A stretch of DNA of 64,000 nt from an uncultured Chloroflexia bacterium (GTDB lineage: Bacteria; Chloroflexota; Anaerolineae; B4-G1; SLSP01), in the NCBI GenBank assembly GCA_963751345.1, contig CAVVUS010000019.1, positions 32,001-96,000 of the forward strand, written 5' to 3'. Positions 55,613-64,000 of the stretch are shown in pieces. Made by a program: the position numbers and the translations under genes. Positions within the stretch are counted from its first letter, which is position 1. Every line of letters begins with the position of its first letter. The notes under the pieces are model-generated. The model made no database searches and was not told the DNA's origin. It saw nothing but the letters and a program-made list of their open reading frames with translations.

Positions 55613-56355
55613 GGCAGCGTATCGAGCCGGTAGTTCGTGACGAAGGGCACGAACCCGTGGGCCAGGGCACGCTTGATCGCTTTGGCCCTCAGAGCGTGGT
55701 CGCCGGGCGCCGCGTAATCGAGCGCCAGCAGTACATGCCGGTCGAAGGTCGCCCGCAATTCCAGGGCTTTCTGCGTCGTCCACGCGAGGTCCGCGCCGAG
55801 CCACGATCTGTAGCGTGTGCCGTCGTAGTGGCTGGTGAACGCCTCGAAGACCACGCCGTCCGCCACCTCGCGGACCGTCTCCAGGACAGTGAACCCACGA
55901 TTGACGAGCAGGCCGGTCTCCGGATAGGCCGCCCGGATCCGACGCATCAGCTGCTCAACCCCTGGTCGTGTATCCGCGACTCGGTCCTGCACGTCCACTG
56001 TGTCGAGAAAGAGTCCGCTGAAACCTACGCCCAGCAGGCGTGGCACCAGATCGTCGAGCACGTGATCCTGCCACAGCAACGACCGGCAGTCCACCAGACC
56101 CGTACCCCACTTCAGATTCACCATGGGTCTGCCGGTATCGGGATCGAGGATCTGCCACGGGCCCTCCGCTTCGGATCCGAAGGCTTCTCCCAACGATAGG
56201 TAAGCGAACGTCCGCGTGCCTGCCGCCTCGAGGGAGGCGATCTCCGGAGGCGTGTAGTGGGCGGCCTGCAGGATCACCAGATTGTAGGCTGCCAACTGGA
56301 CGAGGCGGCCCATACCGTAATAACACGCGTATCGCGTAGGTAGTGCCAATCGCAT
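55609..56355 (-). CDS. Endo-alpha-1,4-polygalactosaminidase-like hydrolase (GH114/GH166, PelA hydrolase-like), no signal peptide
   Basis: 'YACYYG', 'FAYLSLGE', 'GFSGLFLDTVD', 'LLVNRGF', 'GVVFEAF', 'LLALDY'. Confidence 0.85.
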   Translation of the reverse strand: MRLALPTRYACYYGMGRLVQLAAYNLVILQAAHYTPPEIASLEAAGTRTFAYLSLGEAFGSEAEGPWQILDPDTGRPMVNLKWGTGLVDCRSLLWQDHVLDDLVPRLLGVGFSGLFLDTVDVQDRVADTRPGVEQLMRRIRAAYPETGLLVNRGFTVLETVREVADGVVFEAFTSHYDGTRYRSWLGADLAWTTQKALELRATFDRHVLLALDYAAPGDHALRAKAIKRALAHGFVPFVTNYRLDTLP

Positions 56356-56463
56356 ACGTATTTATTCCCCCCACATTCCCTCCGCTCTGCCCGGTCCACG
56401 TATTATAGACGATGTCGATCGGGTTGTCCGCCTCTCCTGTTCTAACCGTAATCCTCCTTGTGC

Positions 56464-56492
56464 TTGCGTTATGGTTGTATTATGACTATAAT
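56464..56492 (+). promoter_or_regulatory. Sigma70 promoter
   Basis: TTGCGT-17 nt-TATAAT upstream of the two-domain hydrolase. Confidence 0.65.
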
Positions 56493-56512
56493 GCGCGGCA
56501 TGGAGGTATTAC

Positions 56513-58760
56513 ATGATGGTAAGCGAGATGTGTTTCAAAGTTGGCCGTTGGATGCGGCCCGCGGCGAAGAGCACTGTGGTGCTCATTCTCCTGCTGGTCC
56601 TCACACCACTGGCACAGGTCTCGGCACTGGCCGCAGCACCCGACATCGAGACACCAGCAGCGCAAGCCGCCGATCCGCCGTATAGGGTGTTTGTGCCCCT
56701 TCTGCGGCGCGATCCGGTACCCTCTCTTTCCACACCCACACCAACTCCTTCACCTACACAGGCTCCAGGCGGGGCCGACTGGTCCTCAGTAGAGACTTGG
56801 GTTTATCAACTATCGGGTTACACGAATGACTCACTGGATGAGATTGCAGCAAGCGGCTTCGACATGGCCGTGATCGATCTGGCTCGCGACGGTGGCAGCG
56901 ACTACTGGTCGCGCAGCGAGATCAATGCACTCCGGGCAACCGGTACGATCGCATTGGCCTACTTCGAAGTTGGGGCCATCGAGAACTACCGGCCGGAGTG
57001 GGGGGATGTCCCGGCTGATATGAAGCTGGGGGCTGTCTCGGGATGGCCATCAGAGCAATATGTGGCCTACTGGGACCCACGTTGGTGGCCGATCGTGCAA
57101 GGACGCGTCGACCAGGCGATTGCCGCGGGTTTCGATGGCGCCTACCTCGACATGATCGTGACCTATGAGGAGATCCCCGCCGGTGCAGCCGGGACCAACC
57201 GCGCCGATCTGGCCCAGAAGATGGTGGATCTGATCGCGCGCCTTTCGACGTATGCCAAGGCGCAGGATCCGGACTTCAAAGTTGTACCGCAGAACTCGCC
57301 CGAGCTGCGGAAGTACAATGGTTACCTGGATGCGATCGACGGGCTGGGCATGGAGGAGCTGTACTTCAAGGCTACAGACCGCGCGTGCACGCAGGCCTGG
57401 TGCTACGAGAACCAGGACAACGCCGCCGCGGTGGCGGCTGCCGGCAAACCGGTCCTGACCATCGATTACGCTAACGATCCGGCCAATATCGACAGCGCCT
57501 ACGAGCAGTCGTTGGCGGCCGGTTTTGTGCCTTACGTGAGCGTCGTCAACCTCGATGTCGTGCGACTCAACTGCCCCTGGAGACCACACCCGGTTCATCC
57601 GCCGCACCCGGGCGACCCGAAGTCCACCCCGACCCCAACCGGTACACCTGACCCAACCGCTACACCCGTGCCAACGTCGACGCCAACAAGCACGGCCACA
57701 GCCACCTTGACACCCACAAGTTCACCTACGGCATCGCCGACGCCGACGAGCCCGCCCACGGCGACGCCGCAGCCCACCAATACACCGACGCCGACGGCGA
57801 CGCCCACGGCAACCCCGACACCTACGAGCACGCCTACGGCAACGCCGCAGCCGACCAATACACCTACGCCGACGGCGACGCCCACGGCGACCCCGACACC
57901 TACGAATACACCTACACCCACCCCAACCGCACCGGCGGGCGGGGGCAACTGGGGGTCGGTATCGGACTGGGTCTATCAGCTGAGCGGGTACCAGAACGAC
58001 AGCCTGAACCAGATCGCCGCAAGCAACTTCGATCTGGCGGTCGTGGATCTGGCACGTGACGGTGAAGCAGATTACTTCACGCGAGCCGAGGTGCAGGCGG
58101 CACAGGCTACGGGCAAGATCATACTGGCCTACTTCGAAATCGGGGCCATCGAGAACTATCGCCCGGAGTGGGGGGACGTCCCGGCGGATATGAAGCTGGG
58201 CGCCGTGGACGGATGGCCGTCGGAGCAGTATGTGGCCTACTGGGATCCTCGCTGGTGGCCGATCGTGCAGGGCCGGGTTGACCAGGCCCTGGCAGCAGGC
58301 TTCGATGGCTGCTATCTGGACATGATCGTGACCTATGAGGAGATCCCCGCGGGCGCCGCAGGCACCAACCGTGCCGATCTGGCACAGAAGATGGTGGACC
58401 TGATCGCGCGCCTTTCGGCCTACGCCAAGGCAAAGGCCCCTGACTTCAAGGTGGTGCCACAGAACTCACCTGAGCTGCGGACGAATACGGGTTATATGAG
58501 CGCCATCGACGGTCTGGGTATGGAAGAGCTCTACTTCATGGCGACGGACAAAGCCTGCAGCCAGAGCTGGTGCATCGAGAACCGAGACAACGCTGCTGCG
58601 ATCGCAGCAGGCGGGGAAACTCGTGCTGTCGATTGACTACGCCAACAATCAGGCGAACATCAGCAGCGCCTACACCCAATCGCGTGCTGCGGGGTTTGTG
58701 CCCTACGTGAGCGTGGTGGCCTTGGACGTGATGCGCATCAACCCGGGGTTCGAGCCCTGA
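56513..58760 (+). CDS. Secreted protein with two GH114-like (MJ1477/TM1410-type) domains joined by a Pro/Thr linker, frameshift near 58615
   Basis: Signal peptide; 'WVYQLSGY', '[14 protein letters not shown]', 'YVAYWDPRW', 'GFDG.YLD', 'VVPQNSPEL', 'G.GMEEL', '.IDYA' each occur twice. Confidence 0.85.
57620..57930 (+). repeat. Pro/Thr-rich linker with approximately 78-bp tandem units
   Basis: '[24 protein letters not shown]' occurs twice, with matching DNA. Confidence 0.85.
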
Positions 58761-58831
58761 TCTCTGTCGTTGAGAATCACTGAGCCGACCGGGTCGGGAG
58801 CACTCCCGTACGTCGCTTCCGGCCCGGCCGT

Positions 58832-58858
58832 GAGATGGCACCCATCGGGTGCCATCTC
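58832..58858 (+). terminator. Hairpin, probable intrinsic terminator
   Basis: gagatggcaccc-atc-gggtgccatctc is a perfect 12-bp stem followed by ttgctt. Confidence 0.6.
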
Positions 58859-58886
58859 TTGCTTATAGTTGCATTCTAATTATAAT
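58859..58886 (+). promoter_or_regulatory. Sigma70 promoter resembling the one at 56464
   Basis: TTGCTT-16 nt-TATAAT. Confidence 0.6.
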
Positions 58887-58904
58887 GGCGTAATGGGTTT
58901 GCGA

Positions 58905-59972
58905 ATGATGACCACAAGAACCACGTTCCTCGTCGGGAGCCGCCTGCGTGCACTTGGTGCAGTCCTGGTTCTGGCGGGAGTCACGCTCGCGCCGGTTCCC
59001 TTTGCCAGGTCGTCCGATCTGGGTGGGTCTACCTCTGGTCCGCTACCTGCCGCGCTTGCCGCCGCCGCGGAGGGGACGCGCGTCTACTTGCCGCTGGTTC
59101 AAGGTCAGATGCCCCCCGCGGTTTCTCCGCCGACACCGGTCCCGCCGTCCGACGATGGGAGCTGGAATGGCGTCGCGAACTGGGTCTACCAACTGAGTGG
59201 TTATCCCAATGGTTGCCTTGACCAGATCGCCGGTTCGGGCTTCGATCTGGCGGTGGTCGACCTCGCCCGCGACGGGAGCGATGACTACTTCACACGCGCC
59301 GAGGTCGGGGCTGCCCAGGCGACGGGCAAGGTGATGCTGGCCTATTTCGAGATCGGCGCCATCGAGGACTATCGTCCCGAGTGGGGTGACGTTCCGGCGG
59401 ATATGAAACTCGGCGCTGTGGACGGGTGGCCCTCCGAGCAGTACGTGGCCTACTGGGATCCGCGCTGGTGGCCGATCGTGCAGGGCAGGGTCGACCAGGC
59501 GCTTGCGGCGGGCTTCGACGGCTGCTATCTGGACATGATCGTGACCTACGAGGAGATCCCGGCCGGCGCCGCAGGCACCAATCGGGCGGATCTGGCTCGA
59601 AAGATGGTCGACCTGATCGCGCGTCTCTCGGCTTACGCCAAGGCGCGGGATCCGGGCTTTAGGGTAGTCCCACAGAACTCACCGGAGTTACGTGAGGTCT
59701 CAGGCTATCTGGACGCGGTCGACGGGCTGGGCATCGAGGAGCTCTACTTCCTGGCCACGGACAAGGCGTGCACCCAGACCTGGTGCTACGAGAACCGGGA
59801 TCACGCTGCGGCGATTGGGGCCGCGGGGAAGCTCGTCCTGACCATCGACTACGCCAACCAGCAGGCCAACATCGATAGCGCCTACAAGCAGTCGTCGGCC
59901 GCGGGTTTTGTGCCCTACGTGAGCGTCCGGAACCTCGACGTCGCGCGACTCAACGTCGGATGGGAGCCGTAA
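58905..59972 (+). CDS. Secreted single-domain GH114-like (MJ1477/TM1410-type) hydrolase
   Basis: Signal-like N-terminus, 'RVYLPLVQ', and a catalytic domain nearly identical to both domains of 56513..58760. Confidence 0.87.
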   Translation: MMTTRTTFLVGSRLRALGAVLVLAGVTLAPVPFARSSDLGGSTSGPLPAALAAAAEGTRVYLPLVQGQMPPAVSPPTPVPPSDDGSWNGVANWVYQLSGYPNGCLDQIAGSGFDLAVVDLARDGSDDYFTRAEVGAAQATGKVMLAYFEIGAIEDYRPEWGDVPADMKLGAVDGWPSEQYVAYWDPRWWPIVQGRVDQALAAGFDGCYLDMIVTYEEIPAGAAGTNRADLARKMVDLIARLSAYAKARDPGFRVVPQNSPELREVSGYLDAVDGLGIEELYFLATDKACTQTWCYENRDHAAAIGAAGKLVLTIDYANQQANIDSAYKQSSAAGFVPYVSVRNLDVARLNVGWEP

Positions 59973-59996
59973 AGACGATTCGGTAGCTCTATCTGT

Positions 59997-60172
59997 AACC
60001 TTTCGAAGGTGGCCCGAGGATCGGCGCTGATGCCGCCGACCCTCGGGCTTGACCTATCGCGAGGTCGGTTGAATGATAACCTTGCGAAGGTCGTGTCGCG
60101 CCTTCTCTTGTGGGCGCCGGCGGTTACGCAATCATCGTCGATGCGAGGCCCGGTCGCAACCTTGGCAAGGTT
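59997..60172. repeat. Cluster of short ACCT(T)-N-(A)AGGT palindromes plus a hairpin
   Basis: aacctttcgaaggt (59997), gacctatcgcgaggtc (60051), aaccttgcgaaggt (60078), aaccttggcaaggtt (60158); hairpin gcccgagg...cctcgggc (60012..60048). Confidence 0.6.
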
Positions 60173-60195
60173 TGCAGCTCCCTTAGGAGGCGACG

Positions 60196-62148
60196 ATGCG
60201 ACGTCGGTGGTTATTTGGCATCCTGATTCTGTTGGCGCTGGCGGTGCGCCCGACGTACGCCGCGCCCGCTCCACCGGAGGACTTCGGCGGCGGGCCGATC
60301 GAGCCCCCGCGGTCCGAGATTTCCGACGCGGAATGGGCCTCGATTCAGCACGACGTCGATGCGGCCATCGCGCAGCTCGAGGCCGACGGTCGCCTCTCCG
60401 CGGCGAGTGGGGAGGCCGTCTCCTTCGGCTGGCCGCTGCGCGCGGCCAACGGGCTCACCGACTACGGCTACCACGGCGTCTCGGGCTTCGTCGATCACAA
60501 CCCGGCGACGGGCGCGTGGCTCGACTACACCTGCGGCAATAGATCCTACGATCTGAGCAGCGGCTACGATCACCAGGGCACCGACTTCTTCACGTATCCC
60601 TATCCCTGGTACAAGGTGGAGCACTCCGAGGTCGAGATCGTGGCCGCAGCAGCGGGCACCCTGGTCTCCCGACACGATGGGGAGTATGACCGGCAGTGCG
60701 CGATGACCGGCGTCACCGCCAACTCCGTCGTGATCCGCCACGCCGATGGGACGCTGGCCTACTATCTGCACATGAAGAAGGGGTCCGTTACGCCCAAGGG
60801 TGTCGGGGCATCCATCGCGGCGGGGGAGTACCTCGGCGTCGTCGCGAGCTCCGGCAGCTCGACGGGGCCCCACCTTCACTTCGAGGTGCGGTCGGCGACC
60901 AATCAGGTGCTCGACCCCTTCCACGGTGCCTGCAACGCGCCGGCGTCCATGTGGGCAGACCAACCTCCCTATTACGATTCGGCGGTGATCGCGGTTCACA
61001 CCGGTGATGCGCCACCCTACCGGCCCACGTGCCCCGGCGTCGAGACGACGCACATCGAGGACCATTTCGCGCCCGACGACACGGTCTATTTCGTGACCAC
61101 CTATCGCGACCAGCTTGCCGGACAGCAGAGCACCTACCGGGTTATCCGGCCTGACGGCTCCACGTACCAGACCCGGACCTATACCGCCACCTACCCGCAC
61201 TACACCGCCTCGTACTGGTACTGGTCGACGGGCCTTGATCTGTACGGGACGCCGCCCCTGGGCACGTGGCGCTTCGAGGTCGACTTCGAGGGCCGGACCT
61301 ACGAGAACGAGTTCCACGTCGGCGTGCCGACGGCGATCACCGTGACCTATCTTAACGGCGGGGAGGCCTGGCCTACGCGCGGCGTACTCCCTATCACCTG
61401 GGACGACACGGTGCCCGGCAATGTCGGGATCGATCTCTACGCCGGCGGGGCGCTCACCCGGCCGATCACCACGTCCACGCCCAGCGACGGCGTCGTCTTC
61501 TGGGGGATTCCTGCAGATCTGGCGCCAAGGACCGACTACCAGGTGCGGATCACGGAGCTGGCCAACCCCGCCGTCTTTGACGAGAGCGACGCCGCCTTCA
61601 CGATCGCGCCCGTGCCGGTGGCGGACTTCGTCGCGGCGCCGGTCACGGGGATTGCGCCGCTGACGGTGAGCTTCACCGACACTTCCAGCTCGCTCGTGGA
61701 TGCGTGGCGGTGGGGGTTCGGCGACGGGATCACGGCGACCCTGCAGTACCCAACGCACGTCTACACTACCACCGGCGTCTATACGGTTACCCTGTCGGCA
61801 ACCGGCCCGACGGGTACCGGCGTGATCACCCGCACGGATGCCATCACGGTCACGCCGCCGCCGCTTGCCGCGGACTTCACGGGCTACCCGATCCTGGGCA
61901 CGCCACCGTTGACGGTCACCTTTACCGACCGCTCGGTTGGCCCGCCGGTTGGGGCGTGGGCGTGGGCCTTTGGCGACGGCATCACCAGCACGCTGCAGCA
62001 TCCTGTGCACGCCTACACGCAGACCGGCGTCTACACCGTCACGCTGGGCGTCATCGCGGCGGATGACGATGATCTCGTCGCGCGCCCGGCCTACGTCCAC
62101 GTCGTTGACCAGGTGTGGGGGGTGTACTTGCCGCTGGCCTTGCGGTAG
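60196..62148 (+). CDS. Secreted M23-family metallopeptidase with Ser/Thr-rich beta-domain and two PKD domains
   Basis: Signal peptide; 'HQGTD', 'YYLHM', 'SGSSTGPHLHFEV'; PKD 'WGFGDG..ATLQYPTHVYTTTGVYTVTL' twice; C-terminal 'VYLPLALR'. Confidence 0.9.
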   Translation: MRRRWLFGILILLALAVRPTYAAPAPPEDFGGGPIEPPRSEISDAEWASIQHDVDAAIAQLEADGRLSAASGEAVSFGWPLRAANGLTDYGYHGVSGFVDHNPATGAWLDYTCGNRSYDLSSGYDHQGTDFFTYPYPWYKVEHSEVEIVAAAAGTLVSRHDGEYDRQCAMTGVTANSVVIRHADGTLAYYLHMKKGSVTPKGVGASIAAGEYLGVVASSGSSTGPHLHFEVRSATNQVLDPFHGACNAPASMWADQPPYYDSAVIAVHTGDAPPYRPTCPGVETTHIEDHFAPDDTVYFVTTYRDQLAGQQSTYRVIRPDGSTYQTRTYTATYPHYTASYWYWSTGLDLYGTPPLGTWRFEVDFEGRTYENEFHVGVPTAITVTYLNGGEAWPTRGVLPITWDDTVPGNVGIDLYAGGALTRPITTSTPSDGVVFWGIPADLAPRTDYQVRITELANPAVFDESDAAFTIAPVPVADFVAAPVTGIAPLTVSFTDTSSSLVDAWRWGFGDGITATLQYPTHVYTTTGVYTVTLSATGPTGTGVITRTDAITVTPPPLAADFTGYPILGTPPLTVTFTDRSVGPPVGAWAWAFGDGITSTLQHPVHAYTQTGVYTVTLGVIAADDDDLVARPAYVHVVDQVWGVYLPLALR

Positions 62149-62175
62149 TCGTCTCCTCCTCTACCTGCGAGGCCG

Positions 62176-62210
62176 AGATGGGTCCAATCTTCCGAAGATA
62201 GGACCCATCT
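62176..62210. repeat. REP-like hairpin related to 1063..1098, between convergent genes
   Basis: agatgggtccaatctt-ccg-aagataggacccatct is a 16-bp stem with one mismatch. Confidence 0.7.
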
Positions 62211-62214
62211 ATTC

Positions 62215-63349
62215 TTACGGTAGCGCCCACCTCGTCCAAAGCAGACTGCACGGCTCGCCTTCGCGCACCTTCTGATAGTAGACGGTGAAGAGTGAGCCGC
62301 CGGGCAGCTCGACGCTGGCAGGATAGCCGAGGTCGCCGTCGGGGCCGTCGTCGCGCAGCACGTAGCCTGCCTCCCAGCTTTCGCCCTCGTCATAGCTGAC
62401 CATCGCGCGTTGCCCGAAGGGGGCCAGCCGGTAGCCGTAGACGGCGACGAGCGCGCCGCCGGAGTGGCGGATGACGTGCGGCGGAGAGCCGTGGAAGCCC
62501 AGCGGCTGCGCCGTGGTCCACGTGCGCCCGCCGTCGCCGGACGTGGTCTGCATCATCGAGAAGTCGGGGATCCCGGCGTCCGCCAGCAGAGGCGCGGTGC
62601 CGTGGTTCTGGATGCGGATGAGGCCCAGGAGCCGGTCGTGCCCAAGGGCGACGACGTGGGGCTCGTGGTAGTGCTCGGCGACCGTGTGCAGGGCCAACGG
62701 CACCGTGCCCAGCTCGTGCCACGTGAGGCCACGGTCCTCGCTGCGCCACGCCTGGATGGCCTCGCCGCGCCCGTGCGTGAAGACCTTGCCGAGGTAGAGC
62801 AGCGCGTGCCCGTCGGGGAGCAGGATAGGACCGTGCGGGGCGGTGACAGGGACGTGGCGTGGGGGACCCCAGGTGTCGCCTCCATCGTCGCTGACGCGCG
62901 TCCACGATCCGAGCCAGCGGTCGACGGCAGCGTCCGTAAGGCGCCGGAAGCCATCCTCATAGCGGCGGACCGCCGCGGGATCCGCCAGGCTGTGATAGCT
63001 CTTCGCGACGTCGTAGCGGCGGGTGTCGGACGTGAACCACGTGACGAGCAGCGCCCCGCCACCGAGGCTGACGATGCCGGCGTCGCGGTCGTCGATGGGC
63101 AGGTCGTTGATGACCGTGGGTGTTGTCCACGTGTGGCCCTCGTCGCGGCTGCGCAGGAGCAGCGTGCGCCCGAAGGGGTCCACATGGGTGTGGCGGAAGC
63201 CCCGAGGCCACGACCAGCAGGGCGCCGTCGTCGGTGCGCGCGACGCTGGGCCACCCGAAGTATCCGAAGAACTCGCCGGGCAGCGTGCAGACGACGCCGT
63301 GTTCCGCCGTGACGGGCCGCGGCGCGTGGTTCACGACCGGTGCGGACAT
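62215..63349 (-). CDS. Sialidase-like BNR/Asp-box beta-propeller protein, frameshift near 63200
   Basis: 'YFGWPSVAR', Asp-boxes 'SRDEGHTW', 'SDDGGDTW', 'SEDRGLTW', 'SGDGGRTW', 'SYDEGESW', and 'DLGYPAS'. Confidence 0.85.
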
Positions 63350-63526
63350 AGGAGCCTCCTTAGGATGACGATGGTGGTCAGTCTGTGCCAATTCGATGGG
63401 ACGTGCATCAGGTATCCGGAGTGCGGTGGCCTACAGCGCACGAAGGCGTGGGCACTGGGGCGGAAGTGTCGTGACATACCCCCACCGTTCAGAGCGGCAC
63501 GTGGGGCATCCTGATCGCAGGTCGGG

Positions 63527-64000
63527 TCATTCGGCGGCGTCACCCGCGGCCTGTAACTCCACGTCAGGCCGGTTGATCCCCGGTCCCTTCAGCAGGTACC
63601 ATGGACGGTGCATATCCAGTACCTGGGGCCGGATCCCTTTGACGAGACCGATCACGACGAGCATCGCCAGGCCACCGGCGAACCCATTGTTGTAGAGGTT
63701 AATGAAGCCGTGCAGGCTGCCCACGTGCATCACCATCGGGAGGTGCACCGCTCCGACGACCAACCCGGCGAAGAAGCCGAACTGGCCGGCGATCGGCGCG
63801 AGCGTGGTGCAAAAGAGGGCTGCCAGCAGCGGGCCCGGCTCAGCGTGGGTCCAGACCTTGGGAATGCACATCAAGTACACGCCCAGCATGATTGGGAAGA
63901 TATTGCGCAGGTGCTTGCCCAGCGCACCAAAGGCGACGATGGTCAGCACGCCTGCCAGCGTCGCCCCGTTGACGTCGCCGCCGACGATCAGGATGTAGGC
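63527..64000 (-). CDS. DUF1576-family membrane protein (5' end outside the window)
   Basis: 'AFGALGKHLRNIFPIMLGV', 'AALFCTTLAPIAGQFG', 'LHGFINLYNNGFAGG'. Confidence 0.8.
   Translation of the reverse strand, partial: AYILIVGGDVNGATLAGVLTIVAFGALGKHLRNIFPIMLGVYLMCIPKVWTHAEPGPLLAALFCTTLAPIAGQFGFFAGLVVGAVHLPMVMHVGSLHGFINLYNNGFAGGLAMLVVIGLVKGIRPQVLDMHRPWYLLKGPGINRPDVELQAAGDAAE

Noticed and set aside
57620-57930. Tandem repeats as a CRISPR array
   Set aside because: They are in-frame Pro/Thr linker codons with no unique spacers, and no cas genes are present.
60211-62100. Long antisense ORFs (e.g. 60211..62100, 19930..21672, 37249..38652, 9370..10818, 54410..55804)
   Set aside because: They are shadow ORFs opposite well-supported genes, as expected in high-GC DNA.

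Overview
GC-rich bacterial chromosomal window, most likely Chloroflexota (Anaerolineae-like). The assignment rests on repeated 'V[YF][LV]PL[LVA]x[RQ]' and 'PTALTL+TM' motifs in secreted proteins, PKD/PT-linker proteins and typical short intergenic palindromes. Many genes are split by single-base frameshifts, which most likely reflect an unpolished long-read assembly, so split ORFs are joined here into single genes. Content in order: sugar-binding protein; a minus-strand sugar catabolic operon (GH-like protein, two-subunit transketolase interrupted by a membrane protein, FGGY kinase, enolase-superfamily enzyme); alpha/beta hydrolase; URO-D-family protein; a tandemly duplicated beta-helix/PKD secreted protein; YrdB; Fpg/Nei; pRiA4b-ORF3/SEC-C protein; GT-C glycosyltransferase; two Cys-rich lipoproteins; NarL-type two-component system; GH13 plus URO-D; a TetR-controlled ABC-2 exporter with two adaptors; RspA/ManD-like dehydratase; a large (alpha/alpha)6-like glycosidase; a flavoprotein disulfide reductase; a PAS hybrid kinase; a ~13 kb Pel/galactosaminogalactan-like exopolysaccharide locus; M23/PKD peptidase; sialidase-like protein; DUF1576. 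The exopolysaccharide locus is the best candidate for an undescribed system. It combines an Agd3-like deacetylase, a PelF-like GT4, a PelG-like membrane protein, an NDP-6-deoxy-sugar-type enzyme trio and four GH114/GH166-like hydrolase domains. No rRNA, tRNA, CRISPR array or transposase was recognised. All family calls come from motif recognition by eye, not from database searches.
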